From: Eledone cirrhosa
Taxonomy: Eukaryota
Assembly: GCA_964016885.1 (NCBI GenBank)
Contig: OZ024754.1
Location: 1,054,001 to 1,118,000, forward strand
Direction: 5' to 3'
Length of the DNA: 64,000 nucleotides
Position 1 is the first letter of the stretch; every line of letters starts with the position of its first letter. The notes under the pieces were generated by a model, which saw only the letters and a list, made by a program, of their open reading frames with translations, was not told where the DNA came from and did no database searches. Shown piece by piece: positions 39,302-53,624 of this stretch. The position numbers were made by a program, and so were the translations under genes.

Positions 39302-42300
39302 ACCTACGTTACATTCAAAATTTCTCTTAGAAAAATCAATAAGTAATTTCCAGTTTTCAGCTTTGTGTGGCATTCCAATTTCAGTCATTAAAGTAAATTC
39401 ATTCTTTATGCTGAATAAAATATTATGCAATGAAAACATCTGTTGTTGGTGCATTTTTCGTAATATGAAGTTTTTCTTTATGCTTATTATTGGACCTATA
39501 TTGCACATAAAAGTATGAAATATTATGCATTATTTAGATAAATAAAATATCGTTTTATTTATAGGTATGTTATGAATAATAGGTATGTTATGAATAATCA
39601 AAATATAGAAATGATTTACAAACATTTCAACGATTATATATTATTACATTATGGAATCTATACTTATTATTATCATCATCATCAGGTATCGTCTGCTGTC
39701 ATCAGGTTGAATAGCTATTCATAGGCAACAGCAGGTTTATATATGGATGGGCTCCAATCTCTCCCATGACGGATGGTAGGCCACGACATAAATTTATCTT
39801 AGAATGCAATGAACCTGAACAAACTGCACGGCATCCTGTGCGGCACTCCAGAACCCTAGCAATTGCGCCACTCAACCTTTCTAAACTAGTGTTTATTTAC
39901 CGGCACAGGAAGGATGAAAGGCAAAGGTAAATTACAATAGTATTGGTACCCAAAATGCAAAACGCTAGAATAAATACAAACCCGTCCCTCAAATGTATTG
40001 GCCTTCTGTCTATGTTAGAAAAGATTATTTACTGTTTTATTACAATTAATATTCATGATATAAAACCCTACATTACCAAGTGATTCTTTAAGCCAAGTCC
40101 CTTCACAAGTTAGATAATTACACTGCAGTAATTACTAAGCTGCTAATACCAACGTGGTTTATGAGGGGTTTTTTTTCGACAGCTTGAGATTATTGGGAAT
40201 CAATTAGCTTTATTGCTAGTTAATCATATGGCTTGTTTAACACGAGGGATTCCCTAGATTCTCTTTCCAATGATGCCGAGATAAAGTAGTAGAAGAATAG
40301 TTATTTAAATGTAAAAAAAAAAGTATTCTGGTAACTTATCTCAGAGGTACGTATTTGTTTACATTTTTATAAGTATTATCTGCTGCTATAGCTCAGCATC
40401 TTGGGAAGGAGAAGTAATTGCATGTTGACGAGTTGTTCGTTAACAATGAATTCTCTCGCTTAGATGCTCATTCTAAGAAGCCGATAAAGTCCCTCGTCGG
40501 CCGAATTTCACAGCGTGACTTAATACATACAGTTATGACAATGTATATTTAGTATTAATCATAGAAGAATAAATAATTGATTCCCTACATATGCACTTTT
40601 TACTGAAAAGGTGTATAATCCATAAAACAAACTATTTTAATTCTATTGTTTGAGTTTCGGAATATCAATTCGAGCCCAATGAGATTTGTACCTAGAGGGA
40701 TGAGATAAAATGATGTAATGCATTTAGACCGATCCTCTATCGTTACTACCATCTCAATAGACATAGGCATGCCATCTGACTGATTGGATTGGAGTTAACC
40801 AAAACATTCCACTCCGACCTCTAGCCTGTGTTCTTCTCAGAGCTAATCAATCAAATACCCCCACAACCCAACTCACCTCATGGCAAATTTATCTCTCCTA
40901 CCTTTGCCACCTTTCCTGGAAGCCCTTTCCTACACACGATGATATCGTTTAACTTACGAAGAGACTGACTTACAGATATTCAGTTATAGCTGAACATCCA
41001 TATTAAATTTATTAGTTTCAGAGGGGAACAAAAAGTTCTTGAACACAGTCACTTTCTCCTAATCAGAACCATGAAACTTTCGATGTGATATGAAGCAGTA
41101 ATAAAAGGAATTTATACAAAACTAAGTTATGTTAAATTTCAACCTTCAAGTAAATGCCGAATGTAAGAAACTTATGAAGTATAAAACTAACCGTACTGCA
41201 ATAGAATTACTTTGTTTATTTGGGCGAGGCCAATAGTATTAAACAGAAGTCTGTATGTGAAATCGATAAAACAAGAAATGTAGCAAGCCGAAAAATGAAT
41301 GCAAACAGATGGTAAGACATATAACGATTATATATGAAATATGAAATATAAAAATATATGTCTCGGAAGAAACATGGTTTTATAAGGAAAAATAATATGA
41401 AAGTAAGAAAGTGAAGAAAATTTATGAAATAAAAGGAGAGGGAAGCTGTTATAAGTAATAGCTGAAAGCTATAACGATATATAATTCTAGAGGAGGCGGA
41501 TTAAGTCAAAACAGAAGCAATGAGATCTTCTGCTTAAGTCATGTACATGTCTTGTGTACTTAGATTTTTAAGTATAGCATCGTTGTAATTTAAAACATAC
41601 CACAGGTATTCTCTCTCCCTACAAGACCCTAACTTTTACAATAAGCAACATGCTTTTGTTGATGTTTCATTGTAAGGGAGATGTTCAACCAACATTGAAT
41701 GTGGTAGATAAACATACCCTCGTTTCTCCTGCCGGTTGGTTTTTCCCGTCAAATATGTCCAGCGATTCTTTCCTGTAACATTCTAACCGTTATATCAGAA
41801 CTGTGATCTCTCAATTTGGAGAAGTAGCAGCCCTACCTGGGGCGACTCTCTGATCCCAAGCTGCGCACTCTACCTCCTTTCTTCTGATTACCGAATACTG
41901 AAGCTGGCACATTATTGCACCAGCTTCTGCAATTCTTACATTTCGAACATGCCACTCTATCTAGGGCCTGAACGCTTCTCTTGTTAACCCACGCGAAGGA
42001 CGATGCGATATGATTCTTTTTATCATTATTATATTATGGAGTAGAAACCTCACTAAGTTACGTGCTGTTTTTCACATTTTTTTCTGTTAGATTATTCTGT
42101 CTGTGAAAAGAATATTTCTATCGATGCAGTATCACATTCAAATAGTGTAACCTCATGCAAAAGGTTAAAATAATAGTAGAATGATAAATATTAATTTAAC
42201 AAATTATGCAGAGTAACATAAATGAAGTTACGTGATATTCTTTTTAATACACAACTAAGAAGATTAATTTTCCAGATAATTCAACCACATCATGCTCAAT

Positions 42301-42663
42301 ACAAAGAGTTTCCGGGAAAAATACATAGAATTCAGCACAGACCGATTTTTCGTACAAATAACATCTCCTAATTCATTCTTTATCGTATCTTGAATATTAA
42401 ATAGAACATTTGACAAGCCAATGCAGTTTGTGAACAACTACATTACTTCAAATACTTTGCTGTCACAAACTAACTCTTAAACGTTTTGTTATTTGTCATG
42501 ACTTTTAGAAGCAGTTTTTTTTCATAATTATTTTACATATGATTCTATATCATATTCTTTCATTTTATTTTCACTTAAGAAAGACAAAATAAAATTTAAA
42601 AAAAGTACTAAATCAGTTTTGATTGATTCTTATCTTTTATTTTTATATTTTCTTGCTTCTCAG

Positions 42664-42715
42664 GTTAAAAATGTGAATTGTGTTTCGACACAGAAAGTCA
42701 TATGGCATCATGAAG
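42664..42715 (+). other. Candidate 5'-UTR exon of the GPCR gene
   Basis: Long polypyrimidine tract and cag| at 42663, AAG|gtacgt donor at 42715; next strong acceptor ttttccag| at 43907. Confidence 0.35.
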
Positions 42716-43159
42716 GTACGTGATATTTTTAATACACCATAAAACATGACTTTTCATATAATCTTTTTAATCTACGACCAATAGTTGGAAAGTTCTCTTC
42801 ATGCCGGATTCGTATTTATTGAGTACCATAGGTTATATTTTTCTTATGACATAAAAATTCTAGTTTATTTTGGTTTATACTTTCTTTCCTTTAGTTTTGT
42901 TGTTATTTTACTTATACCTTTAGCCGAGGGCTTCACTACATCTTTCCTGTCACTTAATAAACTGACTGCATTATATTTTTTAAATAATTTTGTGTCGTTA
43001 TCTAATATACTGACATACATAGAATTAGAAGTACATATCAGACACTGTCAGACGTAGGCAAGGAAACCTTATAACATTGTTAAAACAAGAGAAGATAAAA
43101 CGATTATATTTTTTCAGACAAAAAACTGGAATATCATTCAGTGTTTATGTTTCGATTTG

Positions 43160-43475
43160 GTTCGATCTTCGATCATCATCAGGTATTCGAGGTAGTGTAC
43201 ACAATACCGGAACTATCGCTCGGTCTGATCGATCACCAAGACCCTCATTTTCATATATATATATCGATCGACTTTCGTCAAATCGGACCAAGGAAACAAT
43301 ATTTCCATTGGTCTTTCCATTGCTGATAATATCTACTGGTCGCAACTCCTGGCAGAAGGAGCAACGGGAAATAAAGTGTTTTACTCAAAGACACAACGCA
43401 TCACCCGGTCCGAGAATCAAATTCGCAACCTCACGATTGCGAATCCAACTCTCTAACCACTACGCCACGCGCCTT
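43160..43475 (-). mobile_element. tRNA-derived SINE; related partial copy at 46625-46780 (+)
   Basis: Minus strand ggcgcgtggcgtagtggttagag...gtgatgcgttgtgtctttgagtaaaacact. Confidence 0.7.
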
Positions 43476-44069
43476 CACTATAATCACCGGTACTATAATA
43501 AACAACAAATACTAATACGGTTCTGGTAATACCGGCAGTGAGCTTCCGTTACCTTAGAACATGCCGATAACATGAACACTTTCATAGATAAAATACCATT
43601 GTTGTATTTGTCCTAGCTCTTGACATTATCAGTTTAAATCCTAATGAAGTCAACTTTGCATTTCATCTTTCTGGGGTCGATATAATAAAGTAACAGTTTA
43701 GTTCTGAGGTTGATTTAATCAACTTTGCTATTACCATAAATTTTCCTAAATTAGAAATCAATGGCAATTCAGGTTTATTAACTCCTGTGTATATATTTTC
43801 TGTTCTATCATTGCTCTGAAACGCTTTATTAAAAATGCTAATTTCATGTTTACATATAATTTATTTTGTAATGATTCGGTTTGTTTCCACGTTTTCTTAT
43901 TTTCCAGCTAAATTTTTGAAACTTACAGCAAATGTTGATCTTCATTAAATGTGGAATCCTGTCGGAAATATATGTACAAAACAAGCTCTTAGAAAGCAGT
44001 TGGAGGGCTGGTGCCTACATACAGATACTTTTGCTGAAGTCAACAATAAGAGCATTTCCATGAATTACA

Positions 44070-44238
44070 ATGGAAAAACTTCGGTTGAATTCAACAGTGA
44101 CTATTGATGAATTGAATGCTACTATTAATGACACGAATGGACACAATTTGGGCACGTTTATAAACCCGTTCAATCAAATACATATCAAAGTTACATTTTG
44201 TGTTTTATATTCTGTAATATTCATGTGTTGTGTATTTG
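44070..44238 (+). CDS. TrissinR: Neuropeptide GPCR (trissin-receptor-like), coding exon 1: N-terminus and TM1
   Basis: ATG at 44070; three NxT sequons; hydrophobic VTFCVLYSVIFMCCVF; G|gtaagt donor in phase 1, completing the TM1 GN motif with exon 2. Confidence 0.9.
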
Positions 44239-45427
44239 GTAAGTATTTAAAATTTTATTTTTCCGTTGGTCGTTTTAAAAGTTGGTGAAATATTCAATAT
44301 ATGATTGTTTGTGGAAGACTTACTGCAATAATAAAACTGTTTTATTATATTCATTAGTTTTCAGTTTCATACTTAAAACTCAGTTATTACCGCCTCAAGC
44401 GGTAAAGCACGTTTTTCGACGAGGGAAACAAAATTAGCAATCGACTTGGCAACATTCTATAGCAACTTCTCTGGTCTTATTAAGTTAGAATCTTTTAGGG
44501 GAAAAATGAAACTACCCTATTTTTAGAGTGTAATAAAATATTGTTAATACATTTTTTCCTTTTGCGAAATATATATATAATGAAAAATGTATTGATACAC
44601 TGAATTTTAGTTTTCTTTACTTTTTGTTTATAATCAAAGTAGATGATATGTTGCCTGTGGTAGTATCTGCCGTAGTCTAATTATATAATGCATGGCTGTG
44701 TGGCTAAGGAATTCGATTTGCAATCACGAGGTCCAGCATTTGATTTCCCTGCGTGGCAACTTTCTTTCAGTGGAGAATTGGGCAAATCTCGTCTTTCTGT
44801 AACAAATGTTCTTACTGAAGGTAAGGTAAGGTTGCTAGCATCATGTTCCATCCCTCCTCCTTTCAAAACAGAGCCGGATACCAACCAGGAATTTTGAATT
44901 CAAAGAGGGGGATTTCAATACCCTTGATAGGCGCCCATTTCATGTACTCATTTTCCATAGATTCGTCAGACCCTGTAGTAGTGACCGAACTCATTACCAA
45001 CTACTATAACAAGGAAATAAATGTATCGAATTCAGATTTTCTCTATGCATATGATAATATTTATATAGCACATACAGAAATATCGACTCCATTACTTGAT
45101 ACATCTTTTTACCGACCTCGAAAAGATGAAAAGCAAAATTGACCGCGGTGAAATTTGAGCTCATGGAGCAGATCACAATTCTGTCAGTTGCTGCCTTAAT
45201 ATTATTAAATAATTTCAAACAGAAAAAAAGCAAACATGAAACAAAACAAAAACAGAATAAAAAGTCAGTATTTAAATTACAAAACAATTTACGTTAATTA
45301 TATAAGTTTATCATTGTAGTATCATTTCCAGCATGGAAGTTTCGATATACATGTATGTTTCAATATGTAAATTACACTATAATTGTATGTTCCAATATAA
45401 TTATACAATGATTGTATAGTCCAATTT

Positions 45428-45519
<92 letters not shown>

Positions 45520-46514
45520 TCAAATATACTTCTAGAAACTTCGACACGTTTCTTAAATTGATGTATAGAACAATAATTATTTTATAAAGTCTGTTTCTTA
45601 GAAATTAGAAGAAACATTATCTTCAATTATATCTTCTAAAAAAGGTAATTTTTGTGTAGGTCACTTAAATATATAGAATAACAACTGTACTGAAAGTTTC
45701 TTTTTTTTTTGCCGATATCAGCGGAAACCTCAACTACTAAAGTAATTGTAATTCAAATATATATTAAGATGTATTTTAATATATTAAGATGTGTTATAAT
45801 ATATTAAGATATATAAAATAATGTAGATATTAAATTAAGGTGAAATAGTGGGGTAAAGGAGCGTTGATTTTCTAGTTTAACTGTGGTTTCTAGAATGAGA
45901 GTAGATAATCATCCCCATTAAAATCACATATTTGGAAAGATGGTGACAAGAAGCTAAACAAAAACACCGACAAACGTTAATTTTGAAATTAGGCGTACTA
46001 TACAGAAATCCGAACGAGCCGCAGCTTGGCCATGAGTGTACCTAGAAATGACCATGCGATATATATATATATACATATATACACGATGGGACCTGCACAC
46101 TTTTTTTCTCCTATTCCTTTCCTATTTTCCCTTTCTTCCCCCCCCCCCCCCCCCGCGGTTCTTCCTCCTTTCCCTCTCTTTCCTTTTCTCTCTCCTTTTT
46201 TCTCCCCCTTTTTTCTCTCTTTCTCTCTCTTTTTCCACCTGGCCTTTTGATTAATAAAAGGCCTCGGGCGCACCCGAATTACACCGATGTCCTGTAATTC
46301 AGCGCCGAAACATCGGTCCAGGAAAGATTTACAGCTGACGATGGAAACTCCTTTCTTCCTTTCTCCTCTTGTTCCGTCCTAACCACCATCCTAAACCTTG
46401 TTTTTAGTAACCACACAGCTCCTTTCGTTTCATAAGTTTTTGTATATATATAAATATATAAATATATATATATATATATATAATATTTATATAGCACATA
46501 CATATATATATATA

Positions 46515-47118
46515 CTAGACCACTCGTGACCTGTTGGGTCACGTTCACCTAAAAAAAATTTTTTAATAATTAAAATATACACAGACATGTATATAATGTG
46601 TGTGTGTGTATATATGTAAATGTGTATGTTCGATTCCTGGACTGGGCGATGCGTTGTGTCCTTGAACAAGACACTGCTCCTTCTACCTGGAGTTGCGACC
46701 GATAGATAGTACTAGCAACTGGAAAGGACAATGGAAACATTGTTTCCTCGGTCCGATTTGATGAAAGTCGATCGATATATATATGTGTGTGTGTGTGTAT
46801 ATATATGTGGGTGTCTGTGATCTATATACACTGTTCATAGACACACACACAACAACAATACCAGCTCTCTCTCTCCATTTTCCTTCTCTGTCTGCTCTCC
46901 TTCTCTCTATGTCTCTCTTTCCCTCCCTCTCTCTGTTTATGAAGGTACCCGGAAAAACTCCATATCTCGGGAACCCCTAGTCCGATTTACGCGAAACTTG
47001 TTTTATTTCATTTGTATTCCCATTTCAGGGTCAACTTCCTTTTAAAGTATGTTCCCATTATGCGCCCTTTTGATGTATTACATTACAGACAAGCAAGCAA
47101 GCACTCACAGAGTTTTAG

Positions 47119-47125
<7 letters not shown>
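46515..47125 (-). mobile_element. Helitron-like non-autonomous element (SINE fragment nested)
   Basis: Minus-strand 3' end cgtgacc caaca ggtcacg agtggtCTAG. Confidence 0.5.
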
Positions 47126-47199
<74 letters not shown>

Positions 47200-47203
<4 letters not shown>

Positions 47204-47885
47204 ATAAGAATATTTATATTTAGATATGTTTGATATAACTATAAATATGGAGGGTAGTACTAAGTACTAGCCGGTTACCGGTATGAAAAAAGGCTCAATG
47301 CAAATTTTCAAGTGTTTTACAGAGCCGAAATACAAAGTGTTAAAACGATCAAATTTTAGTTTAAAACATTTATTTGCTGACAATTGTTTCTTCCAGAGGG
47401 AAGTCTGGAATCATCGGAGCATAGGGAATGTCGAAAGGTGTTACTAAAATCCTAGTCATTTAGAACATTTAGGGTACATAATTGTTGTTAGAGTCATAGG
47501 TAACATGTGGAGAGTCAGGAGTTAAAAAGATGTTCTGCTTGAAAGAACACAATTATAGGCAGCACTGGTTGAAAGTGTAAGAGGTATAAGTGAAAAGCAC
47601 AAGCAAAGAAATACACCGCAAAAAGTTATAAGCAAGGAAAATTGGTGTACAATGCAGGAGTCAATACAGTTAATAAGGCATGTATACGGAAAGAGTTATA
47701 ATGCAGTTGAAATAAACATATTTTGTGTGGGATGTTAAAGCATGTTATAATTGTTATAAATGTTTAAGATAGTGTGCAATTTGTTAGAGAGGCATGTGGT
47801 GCCTTGCATTACACCTTACATAACAAATACCTACATTATCACCACATGCCTAAACTAAAATTTGATCGTTTTAACACATTGTATA
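47200..47885 (-). mobile_element. PLE 3' remnant with a short inverted arm
   Basis: ggctc...gagcc hairpin 47292-47326; hammerhead 47375-47421; about 47851-47883 inverted against 47330-47362. Confidence 0.75.
47375..47421 (-). ncRNA. Minimal hammerhead motif, U4C core
   Basis: Minus strand: tgct CCGATGA ttccaga cttccc tctggaa GAAA caattg TC agca. Confidence 0.75.
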
Positions 47886-47899
47886 TATATATTGATAAG

Positions 47900-49137
47900 C
47901 TCTGAGTACATTCGGAGAGTAAGGAGCGTATTAAAATCACATCTGAACAGTAGGAATGCCAAAAGTGCAGTAAATTCCCGAGCTGTGTCTATTATTAGGT
48001 ACAGTGCGGGAATTCTGAAATGGAATGTTGCTGAACAAAAAGAAATGAATAGGAAGACTAGGAAGCTATTAACAATCTACAACATGTTCCACAAGAGGAG
48101 TGATGTCGATAGACTCTACTTAAACATATCTGAAGGTGGAAGCGGTCTTATCAGCATAGAGGATTGTGTTCAGATGGAGAAAAACAACCTACACAGATAC
48201 ATGACTGACAGTAGTGAGCCAATGCTCAGAATTGTACTGAAGGAGAAGACAATAGACCAGGGGATGTCCAAGGAAGAAATAACAACAAGGAGGAAGAGCA
48301 GCCTTCATGAAAAATCCCTTCATAGTACCTTCTTTAAGAAAACTGAATTTAGAGATCCACAGACATGGAACTGGTTAAAAAGAGGAGACCTTAAAAAGCT
48401 ACAGAAGGAATGCTAAAGGCTGCGCAAGAGCAGGCCCTCAGAAAGAAGTGGGTGAAACACCATATTTACAAGGATGAGGCTAGCCCACTGTGTAGGATCT
48501 GTGGAGAGAGAGAGGAGACTGTGGCTCACATTGTATCCGAGTGTAAACACCTAGCCCAGACTCACTATAAAGGCTGGAGACATGATGTGATGGGCAGGGG
48601 GATCCACTCGCACCTATCCAAATTAAACAATTTACCACATTCTGAGAAGTGGTATGAGCATAAGCCAGAGTCGGTGATAGAAAACGATCAGGTGAAGGTG
48701 CTGTGGGATTTTAGGATACAGACGGACAAGAAACTGGAACACAATAGACCTGACCTGGTGGTTTTGGACAAAGAAAAAAGATCGTGCCTGATTGTGGATG
48801 TGGCCTGCCCATTCGACACGAGAGTGCAAGAGAAGGAGAGGGAGAAAATTAACCGATACCAGGACTTAAAGTGGGAGGTAAAAAGGATTTGGAACTGCCA
48901 TGAAGTCAAAGTGATCCCGATTGTCATAGGCGCACTAGGGACTATCTCAAAAAGTTTCCAGGGATGGTTAAAGAAAATTGGCCCCTTCACGCTTTTTGGA
49001 ACGCTTCAAAAGGCATGCTTGCTGGGAACAGCAAGAACCCTCCGATACGTCCTGAATATCTGAGGCTGCAGGTAGTGGCTTGATATTCATTTCAACAAAC
49101 TTTCCAGTTAACTAACATCAATGACTGAGACTCAAAG

Positions 49138-49140
<3 letters not shown>
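47900..49140 (+). mobile_element. 5'-truncated R4/Dong-clade LINE (thumb, CCHC knuckle, PD-(D/E)xK endonuclease), one frameshift near 48410
   Basis: CRICGEREETVAHIVSEC..Y..WRHD..VLWDF.IQTD...HNRPDLVV...IVDVACPFD..KINRYQDL; ends in (AAT)n. Confidence 0.92.
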
Positions 49141-49169
<29 letters not shown>

Positions 49170-49172
49170 TAA

Positions 49173-49288
49173 TAATTGTTTCTACTTTTGGCACAAGGCC
49201 AGCAATTACCCAGTACATTACTGGTATTTTATTTTATCGACCCCGTAAGGATGAAAGGCAAAGTTGACCTCGACGGGGTTTGAACTCA

Positions 49289-49290
<2 letters not shown>
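49173..49290 (-). mobile_element. SINE 3' part nested in (AAT)n
   Basis: Reverse complement of the 4796 family. Confidence 0.85.
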
Positions 49291-49356
<66 letters not shown>

Positions 49357-49600
49357 TGGAACTGGCATGAAGTCAAAGTGGTCCCGATTGTCATAGGCGC
49401 ACTAGGGACTATCTCAAAAAATTTCCAGGGATGGTTAAAGAAAATTGGCCCCACCACGCTTTTTGGAACGCTTCAAAAGGCATGCTTGCTGGGAACAGCA
49501 AGAACCCTCCGATACGTCCTGAATATCTGAGGCTGCAGGTAGTGGCTTCATATTCATTTCAACAAACTTTCCAGTTAACTAACATCTGAGACTCAAAGAA
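49357..49600 (+). mobile_element. Second R4/Dong 3' end in (AAT)n
   Basis: Near-identical to 48890-49140. Confidence 0.88.
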
Positions 49601-49601
49601 C

Positions 49602-49619
<18 letters not shown>

Positions 49620-49638
<19 letters not shown>

Positions 49639-50266
49639 TTGAAGACTAAAATCCAAAGAGGGCTCGATAAGGATAAATATATATCAAATATATAAGAACC
49701 GTAGAGCAAATATTTATTAAAATAACAGATTAAATTTTTAGCAAAGAATCGCTGCTTTCACCCTTAACGGGATTTTCTGAAACTAAAAAAAATCAATCTG
49801 TGAATGCAGAAGTAAATATTTCGCAAAACGTTGCAACCGAAGGGAGACAGGAAGACGATACTTTGGTTCGTGGAAACGTTCCCTGGCAAAGAACGGAAAA
49901 AAACGAGGATAATACGTCGTTATTTGGAACGGAGAAAACAATTACACGGAAAGACGAAACCACGTTTATGGTATAAATGAAGTCGTAGACTAAAATTCTA
50001 TTTAGGAAACCGAATGACACTCGGCTTCAGAGTTAAGAATAATGTAAATAAATTACAGAGGTAATTGAAATCAACAAAAATTAAATATATACATGCACGC
50101 TTCCATATACGTACATACACATGCATATGCGAAAACACCCGCCATGGGTATGCAAATACAAGCACGTACACAAAAAAAAAACGCACGCACATACAGAACC
50201 CACGCAACGCCTGTACCCGCACACATACGAACGTATACACCAAATACACATAAAATATATATTAAA

Positions 50267-50299
<33 letters not shown>

Positions 50300-50639
50300 C
50301 GTGTATACATATAATTATATAAACGTATATAAACATACACACATAAATATGTATATAACGCGCGCACACACATACCTACAAGTAAATGCACTTATGTTCG
50401 CTAAACGTACGTCAACCAAAACACAAAGTACACATTACACACACACTACATTCGTACGAACCCGCATACTCACACAGACGCAAAACTCACGTTCACACAT
50501 AACCATATGCACATGTACCAGTATATATAATATATACGCCTATAACATATACAAGCAAATATACGTACGAGAAAGTATACATACCTTCACGAAACATACA
50601 GGTAATATATACTTACCTACACAATTAGGTAATGGTATA

Positions 50640-50645
<6 letters not shown>
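49620..50645 (-). mobile_element. PLE family Y long 3' UTR, with degenerate U4A hammerhead at about 49734-49784
   Basis: Distal end 50560-50645 matches 21655-21760, which directly follows the GIY-YIG stop codon. Confidence 0.8.
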
Positions 50646-50714
<69 letters not shown>

Positions 50715-51325
50715 ATTATGAAATAAGAAGAAATAATAGACACAGATATACACCTATTCTTTCTTTAAAGTCCCGACTGTACAGTTTCGCTGGTCCGTTT
50801 GCAGCATTGCACATTATAGATGTGCAATGTTGTTGTGAGGCAAACCAGCTTCTCAAGGAACACCTCAGGGCAGGAACATTTTCCAGACAAGTTTGTAGCA
50901 AGGGAGAAAATCTCAATAGGCGGAGGGAGGAATTAACACGTGATGCATCGATCAAGAAAGAGGACTGATTCCCCTGTAGCAAGTGAAAAATATCTCAGAA
51001 GGCGGAGGAAGAACTTAATGCATGATACAGAGGTAACAGGCGGGTAGTAAGATGGACGGAAAGCGATTGTAGTGTTTGCTTGCTCGAGAAAGCACTTACT
51101 ACACTTTCGGGTTAACTCAACTTAATATATATATAGTTTCACATGTATGCGAGTGTGTGTGGTGTCAACCATAACCAGTTTTGCTCGATGACCAGGAGAG
51201 ACAAAATGATTAAAATAATTAAATTGACTCGATATCAGAGCTATATATCAAATTATAAAATAAGAAGAAATAATAGACACACTCACATACATGTTAAACA
51301 AAAAATACATGTATATGTGTGCATG

Positions 51326-51508
51326 GGGGATTGGCAGTATCGGTAGAGGGTCGGACGCCATGCTTTGACGCATAGAGTTACGGTCCTTGCCATTCTGAGT
51401 TCAAATCCCGCCGAGGTTAACTTTGCCTTTCATCCTTACGGGGTCGATAAAATAGAGTACCAGTAATGTACTGGGTAATTGCTGGCCTTGTGCCAAAAAG
51501 TAGGAACT
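51326..51508 (+). mobile_element. tRNA-derived SINE (4796 family)
   Basis: A/B boxes and core as at 4796. Confidence 0.88.
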
Positions 51509-51523
51509 TTTATATATATATAT

Positions 51524-51584
<61 letters not shown>

Positions 51585-51649
51585 CATATATATGCATTTT
51601 CATTTACGTACATGTGTGTATGTACACATATATATATATATATGATGAC

Positions 51650-53286
51650 TGCAAACTCCGCTAAGAATATTGCGATCGCTTGTCAGATTCAGATGTGTGA
51701 CGCTCGGATCGCTCCTTCGCACACTGACGACCTCTCTTCTGGACCAACTATGGACCTCCCTGGCCTGAGGTCTTGCATCAGGTTGCGTGTGAACCCTCGC
51801 AATACCGTGGAGATCATAGTTCACTGGTTCTCTTTTTGTTTCTCTTCAAGCAAGGTCAGGATCACTGCATCATTTTCATCGAACTAGTTTTTTATGCTTT
51901 CTATTGGTATTACGTAAAACATCCAGCACTAACATCATAGACGGTTTTCTTCAATGATTCTCACATGTTTTCACGTTTCATGGACTCAAGGGACTTCGAC
52001 AACTCAGCTCTGACTTCCTCTGTCTTCAGACGAGCCACGTTTAGTTATTTTGGAAGTGCAACCTTCTTCCCCCTTACTTTGGGCTTCACCACAAATTGAA
52101 ACTTAGCGCACACCACTTCTTGGAACCCGGATGCATCCAAGTTGTCTTATATTTGTCTTTCTGCTGAAAGAGCGTGTTCCCAAAAACAAGATCCATCTCA
52201 GCACACATTTGCAACAGAAGTAGGCCATTGTTATTGCACTTACCTACTCCATGCTTGCCCATCACACTCCAAGCTTCCCAGTCATTACCAACACGTGCAT
52301 TAAAATCACCAAAGATGACAATCTTTCTGCATAAGGTATACTATGGATGACCTCTTTCAAAGACATGTAGAAATCTAGTTTTTCATCATCACTGGCACAC
52401 ATAGTAGGAGCGTACACACTGACCAGAGTCACTAAGCGATTTTGAATCAGAGGGACTCTCATGGACATTATCCGATCATTGAATCCACAAGGAAGATTTT
52501 GCAGCCTTGAGACGATTTCATTCCTGATAACAAATGCGGCTTCTACCTTTCTCCTGCAACCCTCTGCTCTACCATTCTGAGAATTGACCCTCACCTGCCA
52601 ATCTTGTTTCTGACACCAAAGCAGATCTTTCAGGGTGATTTTCACTGGATTGGGAATCAAGTAAAGTTCTTATATTCCAGCATCCAATATTCAGATGTTT
52701 GAACCTCTTTGCAGTTGCAGGATGACGACCGGACTCACGCTGCGGTGCCATAGGACATCTGCCGGGCCAGACCTCTTCACAATAAGTTCCAGAGCCCTTA
52801 CTGCCATTGATTTCAAGGTTTTCATTTGTCATCACAGAATTTGGTGCACTTTTAGGCTATGGCCAGCGACACAAACCTGTAACAGATTCCTTAACAAGCA
52901 ATGTCTGCGATTTGAAGGTTTTTTTAAGTGGAGAAAGGCCTTGCACACGACCAATCCCACTCTCTGACCATCGAAAACACTGCCCGAAAAGGAGAACCTG
53001 TCAACAACATCGGATGCTTCCGAAGCCGCAGGTTTTTTTTCAGAGTTTCCCTCTCCTAGAAAGGTATTATGACAACAACTATGGGCCTTTCACCGCCACC
53101 CCCAAAGTACTATTTGGATGGCCGTTGACTCTGTTAAGTTCCTCCGCCCTTTGCCGGGTCTTGTATTTCATCCTGCATGATGTCCAAATATCACCCTCCT
53201 CACCAAGCAAGCTTGGTGGGGTTGCTGATTTAATCGCCGACAACCCGACCATGGGACAGGCTGTATTGGGTTAGATATTACCAGTA

Positions 53287-53290
<4 letters not shown>
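51650..53290 (-). mobile_element. RTE-clade LINE 5' portion (UTR and APE endonuclease), disrupted
   Basis: LNIGCWNIRTL..SETRLAGEG..FVIRNEIV..DRIMSMR..LVSVYAPT..GDFNARVG..GVGKCNNNGLLLL..TWMHPGSK. Confidence 0.88.
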
Positions 53291-53379
<89 letters not shown>

Positions 53380-53624
53380 CATATATATTTACATATATAT
53401 ATTTACACATATATATTTACGCATATATATTATAGAAATGACTTCTATGTGCTTAGAATGGTTTCATAAGAACGAAACAGATCTATTCCTGCAGAACCCT
53501 TTTCTATATAAAATATACATTCCTATATTCTACTAACGTCAAAAGTACCTTTCCCCATTGGGAATCTACCCATAATTATATATAAATATATATATATATG
53601 TATTTTTTTTCTCGTTTCTTGCAG

